Positions 38,254 to 46,232 of a DNA stretch of 64,000 bases are shown piece by piece. Under the pieces are notes generated by a model, which did not search any database, was not told the origin of the DNA, and worked only from the letters and a program-made list of their open reading frames with translations. The DNA is from Candidatus Woesearchaeota archaeon (GTDB lineage Archaea; Nanobdellota; Nanobdellia; Pacearchaeales; GW2011-AR1). The stretch is from assembly GCA_964498295.1 (NCBI GenBank), contig CAZCGJ010000001.1, positions 1,669 to 65,668 on the forward strand. The letters are read 5' to 3'. The position numbers were made by a program, and so were the translations under genes. Numbering within the stretch: the first letter of the stretch is position 1; each line of letters opens with the position of its first letter.

Positions 38254-38325
38254 AGCAGGTAGCAGGAATTGCACCTGCGCATCAGAGGGTTGCAGCCTCT
38301 TGCCTTACTGCTTGGCTATACCTGC
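38254..38325 (-). tRNA. tRNA-Cys(GCA)
   Basis: GCAGGTA/TACCTGC-T acceptor, AGAGG-CT-GCA-AC-CCTCT anticodon arm, U73. Confidence 0.92.
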
Positions 38326-38375
38326 ACTAAATTGACAAGAAAACCTGCATTTTTAAAGATTTGTTAGATGAGGAA

Positions 38376-38870
38376 CTATTTTTTCATCCAATCTGGAACC
38401 GGGACTTTTGTAACAACTTCCATATTAACGGGCACAGAAATATTCTTATTTATAACAAATGCCAATTGTTTATCAATATCTAAACTAATATTTTTATTAA
38501 TCTCTATTTTTTTGTAAACCATTATCGATGTATTTATTGGAATTGTTTTCTTTATTGGCACATCTACGACTACGTCTCCTGTTGGCAAACTCAACGGAAC
38601 CCTTAACACTTCATTTAATTCTATAAAAGTAATTATTGGAACACTTTCATTAACAATAAAAGAATCACTAAGTGGAAAATCTACTTTAGTTTTTATGGGA
38701 ATATCTACTGATTGATTTAATTCAAAACTAAAAGTTTGATTAATGGGAATATTAACCTCAAATAAAGACTCTTGTAAAACGGTCTGCCCATAAACATAGC
38801 CACCATACGCTGCAGCCAAAATAACTATCAAAAAAATCAAAAATTTGAAAGCACTACCTGTGAAACTCAT
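38376..38870 (-). CDS. membrane-anchored protein with periodic V/I-x-I-P-I beta repeats
   Basis: N-terminal TM then alternating hydrophobic residues with repeated PI/PV/PL. Confidence 0.7.
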   Translation of the reverse strand: MSFTGSAFKFLIFLIVILAAAYGGYVYGQTVLQESLFEVNIPINQTFSFELNQSVDIPIKTKVDFPLSDSFIVNESVPIITFIELNEVLRVPLSLPTGDVVVDVPIKKTIPINTSIMVYKKIEINKNISLDIDKQLAFVINKNISVPVNMEVVTKVPVPDWMKK

Positions 38871-38920
38871 AACAACCTAAAAATATTTTTCTTTTTAAAT
38901 ATTAGCTAAAAAGAAGATTA

Positions 38921-38995
<75 letters not shown>

Positions 38996-39043
38996 ATAAA
39001 TTAATCAGACAAAAAATGCTATTTAAAACTTTCCTATACAGAA

Positions 39044-39370
39044 CTAGGCAACAAGATATGCAGAATCTGCCCCAAAATCTTCAATCAATCCCTGACATCT
39101 ACCCCTAGACGCATTAACTTCTTCTTCAGAAGGATTAGAAGAATCATCCAAATGTTCAGATAAAGGAATAGTATACCTTATTCCAAATGCAAGCCTACAT
39201 GAAGCAACACCATAGTTAGTTTTTGGCCTATTCAAAAATCTCTCCGCAAAAGACAACCTAGCTTGTGGAAAAGAAACGCTTTCTATAAAATAAACATGTC
39301 CTTCTTTATCCACAAAAGTAGAATCAAATAAATCTTTCTTACCTATAAAGTCTCTAAGTGTTTTAGACAT
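39044..39370 (-). CDS. hypothetical protein
   Basis: 108-aa ORF with upstream TTTAAAT box. Confidence 0.55.
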   Translation of the reverse strand: MSKTLRDFIGKKDLFDSTFVDKEGHVYFIESVSFPQARLSFAERFLNRPKTNYGVASCRLAFGIRYTIPLSEHLDDSSNPSEEEVNASRGRCQGLIEDFGADSAYLVA

Positions 39371-39451
39371 ATAGAAAAAAAAGATACGTAATTTAAAAGG
39401 ATTCGTATAGTAAAATATAATATTTATAAACTATCTGTCCGATAATAGACT

Positions 39452-40360
39452 ATGGCAGAAAAAGTCAATATTACATTCCTAGGAACGGGCTCAGCAGTAC
39501 CTACTAAAAGAAGAAACCACCCTGCCGTTTTACTTCAATATAAAGATGAGAATCTTTTATTTGACTGTGGCGAAGGGACTCAAAGACAATTTAGATACAC
39601 AAATCTTAACCCATGTAACTTAACAAGAATATTTATTTCACACTGGCACGGCGATCATGTATTTGGAATTCCAGGAATTCTGCAGACATTAGCACTAAAT
39701 AACTACACAGGAAAACTATATGTCTACGGGCCGAAAGGAACAAGAAAATTTATGGAACTTTATCAAGAATTATTCGTAAAAAAGGGAGTTTCATATGAGA
39801 TAGAAATCAAAGAATGTAATGACGGAACAATCTTAGATGAAAAAGAGTTTAAAGTTGATTGTATGCAAATGAACCATGATTGTCCTTGCTTAGCTTACTC
39901 ATTTACAATAAAAGAAAAATCGAGAATTGACAAAGATAAATTGAAAAAATTAAAACTACCTGAAAACTCGCCTTTAATTGGAGAGCTAGCAAAAGGAAAA
40001 ACTATATCTTTTGAAGGTAAAAAAATAGACGGTAAAAAATTAGTTTATACAGAAGAACAGAAAAAAATAACATATATCATTGATACACAAGCAAACCCTC
40101 AATCAATAGACTTAGCTAAAAATTCAGATATTTTAATTTGCGAGTCCACCTATGGTGAAGAAGAAAATGAAAAAGCAGAAGAATACAAACACATGACAAG
40201 CACACAAGCTGCTAAATTAGCAAAAGAATCTAAGTCCAAAAAACTAATTTTAATGCATCTTTCACAAAGATACGAAAATCCAAAACATATTCTAGAAGAA
40301 GCTAAAAAAGTCTTCAAAGAAACAAAAGTCGCAGAAGATTTAGACAAAGTTTCTATTTAA
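39452..40360 (+). CDS. rnz: ribonuclease Z
   Basis: FLGTG..VP, DCGEGTQ, SHWHGDH, CESTY, HMT, HLSQRY. Confidence 0.96.
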   Translation: MAEKVNITFLGTGSAVPTKRRNHPAVLLQYKDENLLFDCGEGTQRQFRYTNLNPCNLTRIFISHWHGDHVFGIPGILQTLALNNYTGKLYVYGPKGTRKFMELYQELFVKKGVSYEIEIKECNDGTILDEKEFKVDCMQMNHDCPCLAYSFTIKEKSRIDKDKLKKLKLPENSPLIGELAKGKTISFEGKKIDGKKLVYTEEQKKITYIIDTQANPQSIDLAKNSDILICESTYGEEENEKAEEYKHMTSTQAAKLAKESKSKKLILMHLSQRYENPKHILEEAKKVFKETKVAEDLDKVSI

Positions 40361-40406
40361 AGAAAAGAAAAAAAGAAAAGAAAAAAAATAATATAGCAAA
40401 AGCTAT
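40360..40406 (-). terminator. hairpin plus long T-tract terminator of the lsm transcript
   Basis: ATAGC-TTTT-GCTAT followed by >25 nt of T-rich sequence on the - strand. Confidence 0.5.
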
Positions 40407-40410
40407 TCAA

Positions 40411-40503
40411 ATTTAAACTACACCTCATTTGCTCTATCGGACAAAGTCCAGACTAAGCAAAGTATTGCACAAGAATTATTTTGTGCTGTAGCAAAAACTA
40501 AAT
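40411..40503 (-). ncRNA. candidate three-way-junction RNA in the lsm 3' UTR
   Basis: Nested stems whose wobble pairs are G-U only on the - strand. Confidence 0.45.
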
Positions 40504-40514
40504 CAGCTAAATGC

Positions 40515-40754
40515 TTACTTCAAGTTTGATGGAGATATAAACACAATTGTGTCGCCTCTTAAGAAAGCTAAGCCGTAGCTCTTTAACATCTGGCCGTTTT
40601 CCATCTCTTTAGCATTGTCAATTACCACATTGATGTGGATGTCAAATGCCAAAAGAGTGCCGACTAGTTGTTTGCCGCTCTTAAGTTGCACTATAATCTC
40701 CTTACCCTTAGAACTATTTAACAAGTCCAAAGGTCGTTCGATTCCGTTAACCAT
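40515..40754 (-). CDS. Sm-like (Lsm/SmAP1) protein
   Basis: RPLDLL, G.L.AFDIH.N.V, LRGD.IVFISP. Confidence 0.93.
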   Translation of the reverse strand: MVNGIERPLDLLNSSKGKEIIVQLKSGKQLVGTLLAFDIHINVVIDNAKEMENGQMLKSYGLAFLRGDTIVFISPSNLK

Positions 40755-40836
40755 AATTGAGAGGATGAATTTTGGTTTTTAAAGATATCTATACTCTGAG
40801 CTGTAAAGTAAGAGGGTGTTATTTTGACTAAAAAAA

Positions 40837-40998
40837 TTAACTTTTCTTAATAGTTAGTTTTTTATCTTTAATTTCTGATTCCAAGTCTTGTCCTTCTTTC
40901 CATTCTAGTTCTTTAATTGTTTCAGGAGGTATAACAATAACCCACTTAGCATATTCTGTATTTCCTACTTTTCTAGAAAGTTGTTTTTGTAACTTCAT
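40837..40998 (-). CDS. AbrB/MazE/SpoVT-like DNA-binding protein, 53 aa (not in ORF track)
   Basis: Hand translation MKLQKQLSRKVGNTEYAKWVIVIPPETIKELEWKEGQDLESEIKDKKLTIKKS; I.IP...L..K.G..L pattern. Confidence 0.8.
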   Translation of the reverse strand: MKLQKQLSRKVGNTEYAKWVIVIPPETIKELEWKEGQDLESEIKDKKLTIKKS

Positions 40999-41031
40999 AA
41001 GATGAGAAATATTTACTTCTATTTAAATCTT

Positions 41032-41092
41032 TAGGTACCCACTAATAAATAGTAACTTAGGTACCGAAAGATATATAAAGAATAGGTACCTA
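41032..41092. promoter_or_regulatory. three TAGGTACC operator-like palindromes flanking the transposase BRE/TATA
   Basis: Copies at 41032, 41058 and 41083; CGAAAG-ATATATAAAG lies between copies 2 and 3. Confidence 0.75.
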
Positions 41093-41100
41093 ATTATATT

Positions 41101-41961
41101 ATGAAAGAAATAATTTGTCCGCATTGCAAAGAAAAAGAGATTAAGAAAGATGGAGTAAGAACAACAGAAAAAAGAGGGAAAATTCAAAGATACAAATGTA
41201 ACCTTTGCAATTATCGATTTGTCGTCGATGATGGCTTTTACAGAATGAGAAATAATGAAAGTATTATCACAATGTCAATCGACATGTATATTTCTAATTT
41301 GTCAAGTAGAAAAATGAGAAATCAATTAAGCAGACATTTAAACACAAAAATAAGTCATATGAGTATTCTTGATTGGGTAAGAAAATATACTTTAAAAGTT
41401 AGTAAATTTGTTGATAAATTAGGTTACAACATGGGAAATAGTTTCTATGCTGATGAAACCTTAATTGATTGTGGGGGAAGAGATGATAGATTTTGGTGTT
41501 GCATTGATTGGGATACTCGATTAATTACTGGAGTTCATTATAGTTTATCTGGTAATCCAATAGAAGCACAAAAATTCTTATTTAAGTCAATTCAAAAGGG
41601 AAAACCTAAATTCATCCAGACAGATGGTGGAGTTTTCTATCCTAAAGCATTTAGAAAACTCTTCTACTCTAATAAGATTGGTGGTTTAACAGTCGAGCAT
41701 AAGATACAAAATGCAAGTGTTACTAAAATACATAATTATAGAATAGAAACTGTTTTTATGAAGATTAAAGACAGAGTAGACGACTTTAGAGGATTGAAAG
41801 CATTATGGTCTGCCCCAATACTTATGAATGCTTTAATAATTCAACATAATTTCATAGAAGCTCATACAACCTTAGATGAAGTTCCATGCAATAGAGCAGG
41901 ACAAGAGTTAAACTTGGGAGAAAATAGATGGCTAGGATTAATTCATTTATCCAGTAGGTAA
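41101..41961 (+). CDS. DDE transposase (IS6-like catalytic domain, N-terminal Zn ribbon and HTH)
   Basis: CPHC...QRYKCNLC, YADET, QTDG..FYP, NYRIE. Confidence 0.9.
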   Translation: MKEIICPHCKEKEIKKDGVRTTEKRGKIQRYKCNLCNYRFVVDDGFYRMRNNESIITMSIDMYISNLSSRKMRNQLSRHLNTKISHMSILDWVRKYTLKVSKFVDKLGYNMGNSFYADETLIDCGGRDDRFWCCIDWDTRLITGVHYSLSGNPIEAQKFLFKSIQKGKPKFIQTDGGVFYPKAFRKLFYSNKIGGLTVEHKIQNASVTKIHNYRIETVFMKIKDRVDDFRGLKALWSAPILMNALIIQHNFIEAHTTLDEVPCNRAGQELNLGENRWLGLIHLSSR

Positions 41962-42108
41962 TGCTGGAGGTTGAGGTATAGAACTTCCACCATTAGTAAT
42001 AGGAGAAGAATCTCCTGTTAACCAAAAGTAAACTCCGACTCCAACAGCTAAAAGGATTAAAATTATTACAATCCAAATCCATGCTGAGCCTCTTTTATTG
42101 TTTATCAT
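41947..42108 (-). CDS. 53-aa pilin-like peptide, transposon cargo (not in ORF track)
   Basis: Hand translation MINNKRG/SAWIWIVIILILLAVGVGVYFWLTGDSSPITNGGSSIPQPPALPTG. Confidence 0.75.
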   Translation of the reverse strand: MINNKRGSAWIWIVIILILLAVGVGVYFWLTGDSSPITNGGSSIPQPPALPTG

Positions 42109-42109
42109 T

Positions 42110-42727
42110 TTAATAAGGGATATTTGGAGGAGCTACGTTATTCCCACCATTTACTTTAAGATTACAATTACTTGAAACTTTAACAATCATCCCTCTACCC
42201 AAATCTTGTTCTTGATCTGCGAGGGTTCTCTCATCAACATCTGTATCGACTACTCCCCACCCTCTCTGATAACCTGCAATTTTTTCAACATTACAATTTC
42301 CCTTCCAATCTTTAACTTTTAATCTGAAAATATCTGAAGTAATTCCAACAAAATTCCAACCTGTAACCATCTTTCGATTATTAGCATAAGCCCATTCTTC
42401 TTCAACATTATATTCAATCCAACCACTTTTCTTTAGATAAACCCAAAAGGCACTATTTAATAGCTCTTCATCATCAACTTTTACTTCAGGATTGGGATAA
42501 ATTCTAGCATATTTATTTTCATTAGGCAAATATGCATAAACTGCAACAACGTCTTGGTTTGTAATTTCTCCACCAGTAATTAAGTCAGGAGTTACAAATC
42601 CTTGTAATAAATTCCAACCTTCATCAACGGAAACTTTATATTTTATATTAAAGTTGTCAGCTAATACAAATACTGCACCTGCTAAAATTATTACAAATGC
42701 AATTGGTAAAATGAATTTCTTATTCAT
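42110..42727 (-). CDS. secreted protein with two GWN repeats, transposon cargo
   Basis: Signal peptide (VLA); EGWNLL and TGWNFVG; C-terminal APPNIP. Confidence 0.8.
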   Translation of the reverse strand: MNKKFILPIAFVIILAGAVFVLADNFNIKYKVSVDEGWNLLQGFVTPDLITGGEITNQDVVAVYAYLPNENKYARIYPNPEVKVDDEELLNSAFWVYLKKSGWIEYNVEEEWAYANNRKMVTGWNFVGITSDIFRLKVKDWKGNCNVEKIAGYQRGWGVVDTDVDERTLADQEQDLGRGMIVKVSSNCNLKVNGGNNVAPPNIPY

Positions 42728-42756
42728 GATAATAGATACAGTAAGAACTCATTTAA

Positions 42757-42824
42757 AAAGCTTTCGAAAGCTTTGGTACAAACCTTTGGATATTGTGCTA
42801 TAAAGGTTTTAGTCCAAATCTTTG
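42757..42824. promoter_or_regulatory. operator-like array in the divergent cargo/HTH promoter
   Basis: Perfect 18-bp palindrome AAAGCTTTCGAAAGCTTT (42757-42774) plus AAACCTTT, AAAGGTTT and AAATCTTT variants. Confidence 0.55.
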
Positions 42825-42825
42825 T

Positions 42826-43029
42826 ATGAGTAAATACAAAGAAATGATTTTGTCTATTATTTCTAAAACAGAGATAAAAAGCACAAATGAAATTCTAGAA
42901 GATTTACAAAAGAAAGCAGACAAAGTAATAAATTGGCACGCCTTATATAGGGTTTTAATGGAACTTCAATCAGAAAATAAGGTTGAAAGATTAGAAAGCA
43001 AAGCAGGTTTCTTTTGGAAGAAAAAGTAA
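42826..43029 (+). CDS. small winged-HTH protein, transposon cargo
   Basis: STNEI...INWHALYRVLMEL..E.KVE......FW; ATG 42826. Confidence 0.75.
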   Translation: MSKYKEMILSIISKTEIKSTNEILEDLQKKADKVINWHALYRVLMELQSENKVERLESKAGFFWKKK

Positions 43030-43128
43030 GCATTTAGCTCCCTTTAACTTTACAGCCCACTATACTCCTGAAAATAATAATGGCGAGAAATCATAACCTT
43101 TATAAAGCAATTTTTCTGAACTTAAACT

Positions 43129-43491
43129 ATGGTAAATCGTGGAAGAAAAATCTCTGGTGGAAAGTACCACAAGAAGATGAAGAAGAAGAAATATTCTCAA
43201 GTAGGACACGTACGAGTTGTAAAACTTGGTGAAAAGAAAACAAAGATCTTGAGAGGAATGGGCGGAACAACAAAAACAATTTCACTTTCTCAAAATTTTA
43301 TTAATGTTATTAAAAATGGTAAGGCAAAAAAAGTAAAAATCAAAAACGTAATTGAAACACCATCTAATCGTTTCTTAGCTAGACAGAATGTTCTTGTAAA
43401 AAGCGCTATTGTTGATACAGACTTAGGCAAAGCAAGAATCACAAACAGACCTTCACAAGAAGGAATTGTTCAAGGCGTCTTATTAGAGTAA
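43129..43491 (+). CDS. rps8e: 30S ribosomal protein S8e
   Basis: RKISGG, RGMGG..K, I.NVIETPSN, ARITNRPSQEG. Confidence 0.95.
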   Translation: MVNRGRKISGGKYHKKMKKKKYSQVGHVRVVKLGEKKTKILRGMGGTTKTISLSQNFINVIKNGKAKKVKIKNVIETPSNRFLARQNVLVKSAIVDTDLGKARITNRPSQEGIVQGVLLE

Positions 43492-43521
43492 ATTTAAATA
43501 TCCTCAAACTCTTATTTTATT

Positions 43522-43848
43522 ATGAATCTCATTGCATTAGCCCTTCTTGCAGCAGGCGGAGTCGTATTAACAGTTGGAGACCTATTCATGAAAGAATGGG
43601 TAACTACTAATAAATCTTGGATCTATATTGTGGGGATAATTATTTATATTATTGGATTAAATTTTTTAGCTTTTAGTTTCAAATATAAAAATATTGCAGT
43701 AGCTACAGTAATATTCGTATTAATTAATATTACAACCTTATTAATTTTTAGCTATTTTTACTTCCATGAAAAATTATCTGGCCTGGAAATCGCAGGCGTT
43801 CTTTTAGGAATAGCAGCAATAGTAATGCTAGAACTTGCAGATAAATAA
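43522..43848 (+). CDS. SMR/DMT-family small 4-TM transporter
   Basis: 108 aa, four TMs, F.EKLS..EI.G motif. Confidence 0.8.
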   Translation: MNLIALALLAAGGVVLTVGDLFMKEWVTTNKSWIYIVGIIIYIIGLNFLAFSFKYKNIAVATVIFVLINITTLLIFSYFYFHEKLSGLEIAGVLLGIAAIVMLELADK

Positions 43849-44148
43849 CTACTCTTCACTAAAACTTGCAAAAAAAAGACCCAACCCAGTACGAATCTCT
43901 AGATACGTTCTAAAACCTTTCCAAACCTCTGAAAAATCCTCTGCATAACCACTTTTAATCCATTTATCCAGAACTAAGCGATAGAATTCTTTTTTATCTG
44001 AACCTTCATCAAGGGGAAATCTTTTTGAATATTCACCCATAACCCTAAATTGTACAGAATTTCTTTCAGAATCAGACAGAGGTCTTTCTGGAAAATTAAC
44101 CATCTTTCTACCTTCCTCACAAAGAGAAACTAAATCATTCTTATTCAT
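43849..44148 (-). CDS. hypothetical protein
   Basis: 99-aa ORF. Confidence 0.5.
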   Translation of the reverse strand: MNKNDLVSLCEEGRKMVNFPERPLSDSERNSVQFRVMGEYSKRFPLDEGSDKKEFYRLVLDKWIKSGYAEDFSEVWKGFRTYLEIRTGLGLFFASFSEE

Positions 44149-44364
44149 CCAAAATAGAAAAAATTAGCCTACTAAAGCAAAACCAATATAAACAATATAA
44201 AATTAAAAAAGAATAAGGATCACTGTGAAAAATATATCTAAAAACTACACTATCTTTTTACTTAACTTTTTACATATAAAAAGAGAAACCCTAAATTTTA
44301 TCTCTTCGATAAAAACCGAAACCTTTAAAAAGGCAAATCCTTTAAAAACCTTACTATATCTAAG

Positions 44365-45339
44365 ATGGTCCAAGCTAAAAAATGTCCGGAGTGCGGTAGT
44401 TCTCATTTAATTTACGACGAAGCTAGAAGCGAAGTTATTTGCGGTGATTGCGGTTTATTAGTTGAAGAAAAAATGGTTGATACAACCCATGAACTTCGAG
44501 CTTTTGACAAATCAGAAAAGAAGTCAAGAGGCGGCGCACCGATTTCTATGCAAAAATTCGATAAAGGTTTAACAACAAATGTTGGTGAAATCTCAGATAT
44601 ATACAAATTAGATTCTGCTAACCAAACAAGAAAATACTTAAGATTAAAGAAATGGCAAGAGAGAGTATCTACTTCTATTGAAAGAAATTTAAGACTCGCA
44701 ATGGCAGAATTAAGAAGAGTTGCATCTTTCTTAGAATTACCTACTGTAGTAAAAGAAGAAGCAGCGAGAGTTTACAATTATGTTCTACAAAGAGGCCTTG
44801 TAAGAGGTCGTTCTATGGAATCTGTAATCGCCTCTTGTATCTACGCAGCATGCCGTTCTTACAACATCCCAAGAACATTAGATGAAATTTCTATTGCATC
44901 CGAAGTAGAAAGAAAAGAAATCGGAAGAACATACAGATTCATTATTAGAAGAATTGGAATCAAAGTAACACCTTCTTCTCCAAGAGATTATATCTCAAGA
45001 TTCGGTTCAACACTACACTTATCTCCAAAATCCCAAGGGGGCGCATTAGACATCTTAAAGAGAGCAGAAATATCAGAATTGACATCGGGAAGAGGCCCAG
45101 CCGGAATTGCAGCAGCAGCTCTTTACGTTTCAGCTTTATTAAATGACGAAAAGAAAACACAGAGAGAAGTAGCAGATGTAGCAGGAATAACTGAAGTTAC
45201 AATTAGAAATAGATACAAGGAATTATTAGATAGACTAGGACTGGAAGAAAAAATAAAACTTAAAGAAACAGAAAAAAATGAAAAGAAAGAAGAAAAACGA
45301 AGAGAAAAAAGAGAAGAGAAGAAAAAATTAGCAGAATAA
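44365..45339 (+). CDS. tfb: transcription initiation factor B
   Basis: CPECG..CGDCG Zn ribbon, ERNL, RGRS, PRTLDEI, TEVTIRNRYKE. Confidence 0.97.
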   Translation: MVQAKKCPECGSSHLIYDEARSEVICGDCGLLVEEKMVDTTHELRAFDKSEKKSRGGAPISMQKFDKGLTTNVGEISDIYKLDSANQTRKYLRLKKWQERVSTSIERNLRLAMAELRRVASFLELPTVVKEEAARVYNYVLQRGLVRGRSMESVIASCIYAACRSYNIPRTLDEISIASEVERKEIGRTYRFIIRRIGIKVTPSSPRDYISRFGSTLHLSPKSQGGALDILKRAEISELTSGRGPAGIAAAALYVSALLNDEKKTQREVADVAGITEVTIRNRYKELLDRLGLEEKIKLKETEKNEKKEEKRREKREEKKKLAE

Positions 45340-45340
45340 A

Positions 45341-46096
45341 ATGAAAGTTCTAATCGTACATCGAGACAAAAATTTCGATGAGAGTTCTATAAAACAAGAA
45401 TTTCCAAATCTCAAAATAGAAAAAGTCTGGAAAAATATTATTTCTAAAGATCATCTCAAAAGCAAAGATTTAGTGATTTCCATAGGAGGAGATGGGACTT
45501 TTCTTTCAGCATCTCATTATTTGGAAAACACACCCATTCTAGGAGTAAACTCTAATAAAAATAGAAGTGAAGGAGCTTTGACAACTATAGAAATTTCACA
45601 ATTAAACAATAAGATAAAACAAATATTAGAGAATAAAATAAAAATCAAAGAATATACTAGAGAAAAAGTTACTATTCATCATAAAGACCGAAAAATAGAG
45701 ACAGAAAGTGCACTGAATGAAACCTTTTTTGGAAATGTGAACCCGCACCACACCACCAACTATGAAATAGAATATAAAAATAAAAAAGAAAATCAGAAAA
45801 GTTCCGGAATTGTAATTTCTACTGGAACAGGTTCAACAGCCTGGTATCACTCTATGGGTGGATTCGCTTTTGGTAGAGAAAGAAAACAGCTGAGATTTAG
45901 AGTAAGAGAACTATATAAAAGAAAACTACATAAATCAAAAATCAAAAAAGGAAAAATAAAGCAAGATGAAAAATTAGTTATTATCTCTAAGATGAACCAT
46001 GCAATTATTGCAATTGACTCAATAAGAACCTATTCTATGTCAAAAGATGATAAAGTAGAAATTAAGATAGGCCGACCTCTTAAGGTAATTCAATAA
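45341..46096 (+). CDS. nadK: NAD(+)/NADH kinase
   Basis: GGDGTFL, ALNE, SSG...STGTGSTAW. Confidence 0.9.
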   Translation: MKVLIVHRDKNFDESSIKQEFPNLKIEKVWKNIISKDHLKSKDLVISIGGDGTFLSASHYLENTPILGVNSNKNRSEGALTTIEISQLNNKIKQILENKIKIKEYTREKVTIHHKDRKIETESALNETFFGNVNPHHTTNYEIEYKNKKENQKSSGIVISTGTGSTAWYHSMGGFAFGRERKQLRFRVRELYKRKLHKSKIKKGKIKQDEKLVIISKMNHAIIAIDSIRTYSMSKDDKVEIKIGRPLKVIQ

Positions 46097-46102
46097 ACTA
46101 AA

Positions 46103-46185
46103 TGGGGAGAAGAGGACTCGAACCCCTGTAAGCGTAAGCTACGACGGCCTAAACGTCGCCCGTTTGACCACTCCGGCATCTCCCC
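46103..46185 (-). tRNA. tRNA-Leu(TAG)
   Basis: GGGGAGA/TCTCCCC-A, CGACG-TT-TAG-GC-CGTCG, long variable arm. Confidence 0.95.
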
Positions 46186-46232
46186 AAAGTGTAAATATCT
46201 CTAATTAAGACTACTTAAAAACATATCTATAA

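Larger units (their letters stand above)
40797..43059. mobile_element. complete DDE transposon / transporter IS with passenger genes
   Basis: TIRs TGAGCTGTAAAGTAAGAGGGTG (40797-40818) and TGGGCTGTAAAGTTAAAGGGAG (reverse complement of 43038-43059), 18/22 identical; 8-bp TSD CTATACTC at 40789-40796 and 43060-43067. Confidence 0.92.

Noticed and set aside
37266-38282. ORF-track start of Sua5 at 38282, and similar extended starts at 3830, 19198, 31049, 34921 and 59973
   Set aside because: Extensions overlap a tRNA or a neighbouring gene; downstream ATGs fit promoter or operon spacing
40837-40998. AbrB-like gene as the antitoxin of a type II TA pair
   Set aside because: No toxin ORF; only 18 bp separate its stop from the left TIR
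40505-43039. 16-bp perfect inverted repeat AGCTAAATGCTTACTT (40505-40520 / 43024-43039) as possible element ends
   Set aside because: No TSD and it would include the housekeeping lsm gene. The 40797-43059 ends with an 8-bp TSD explain the element better; probably chance.
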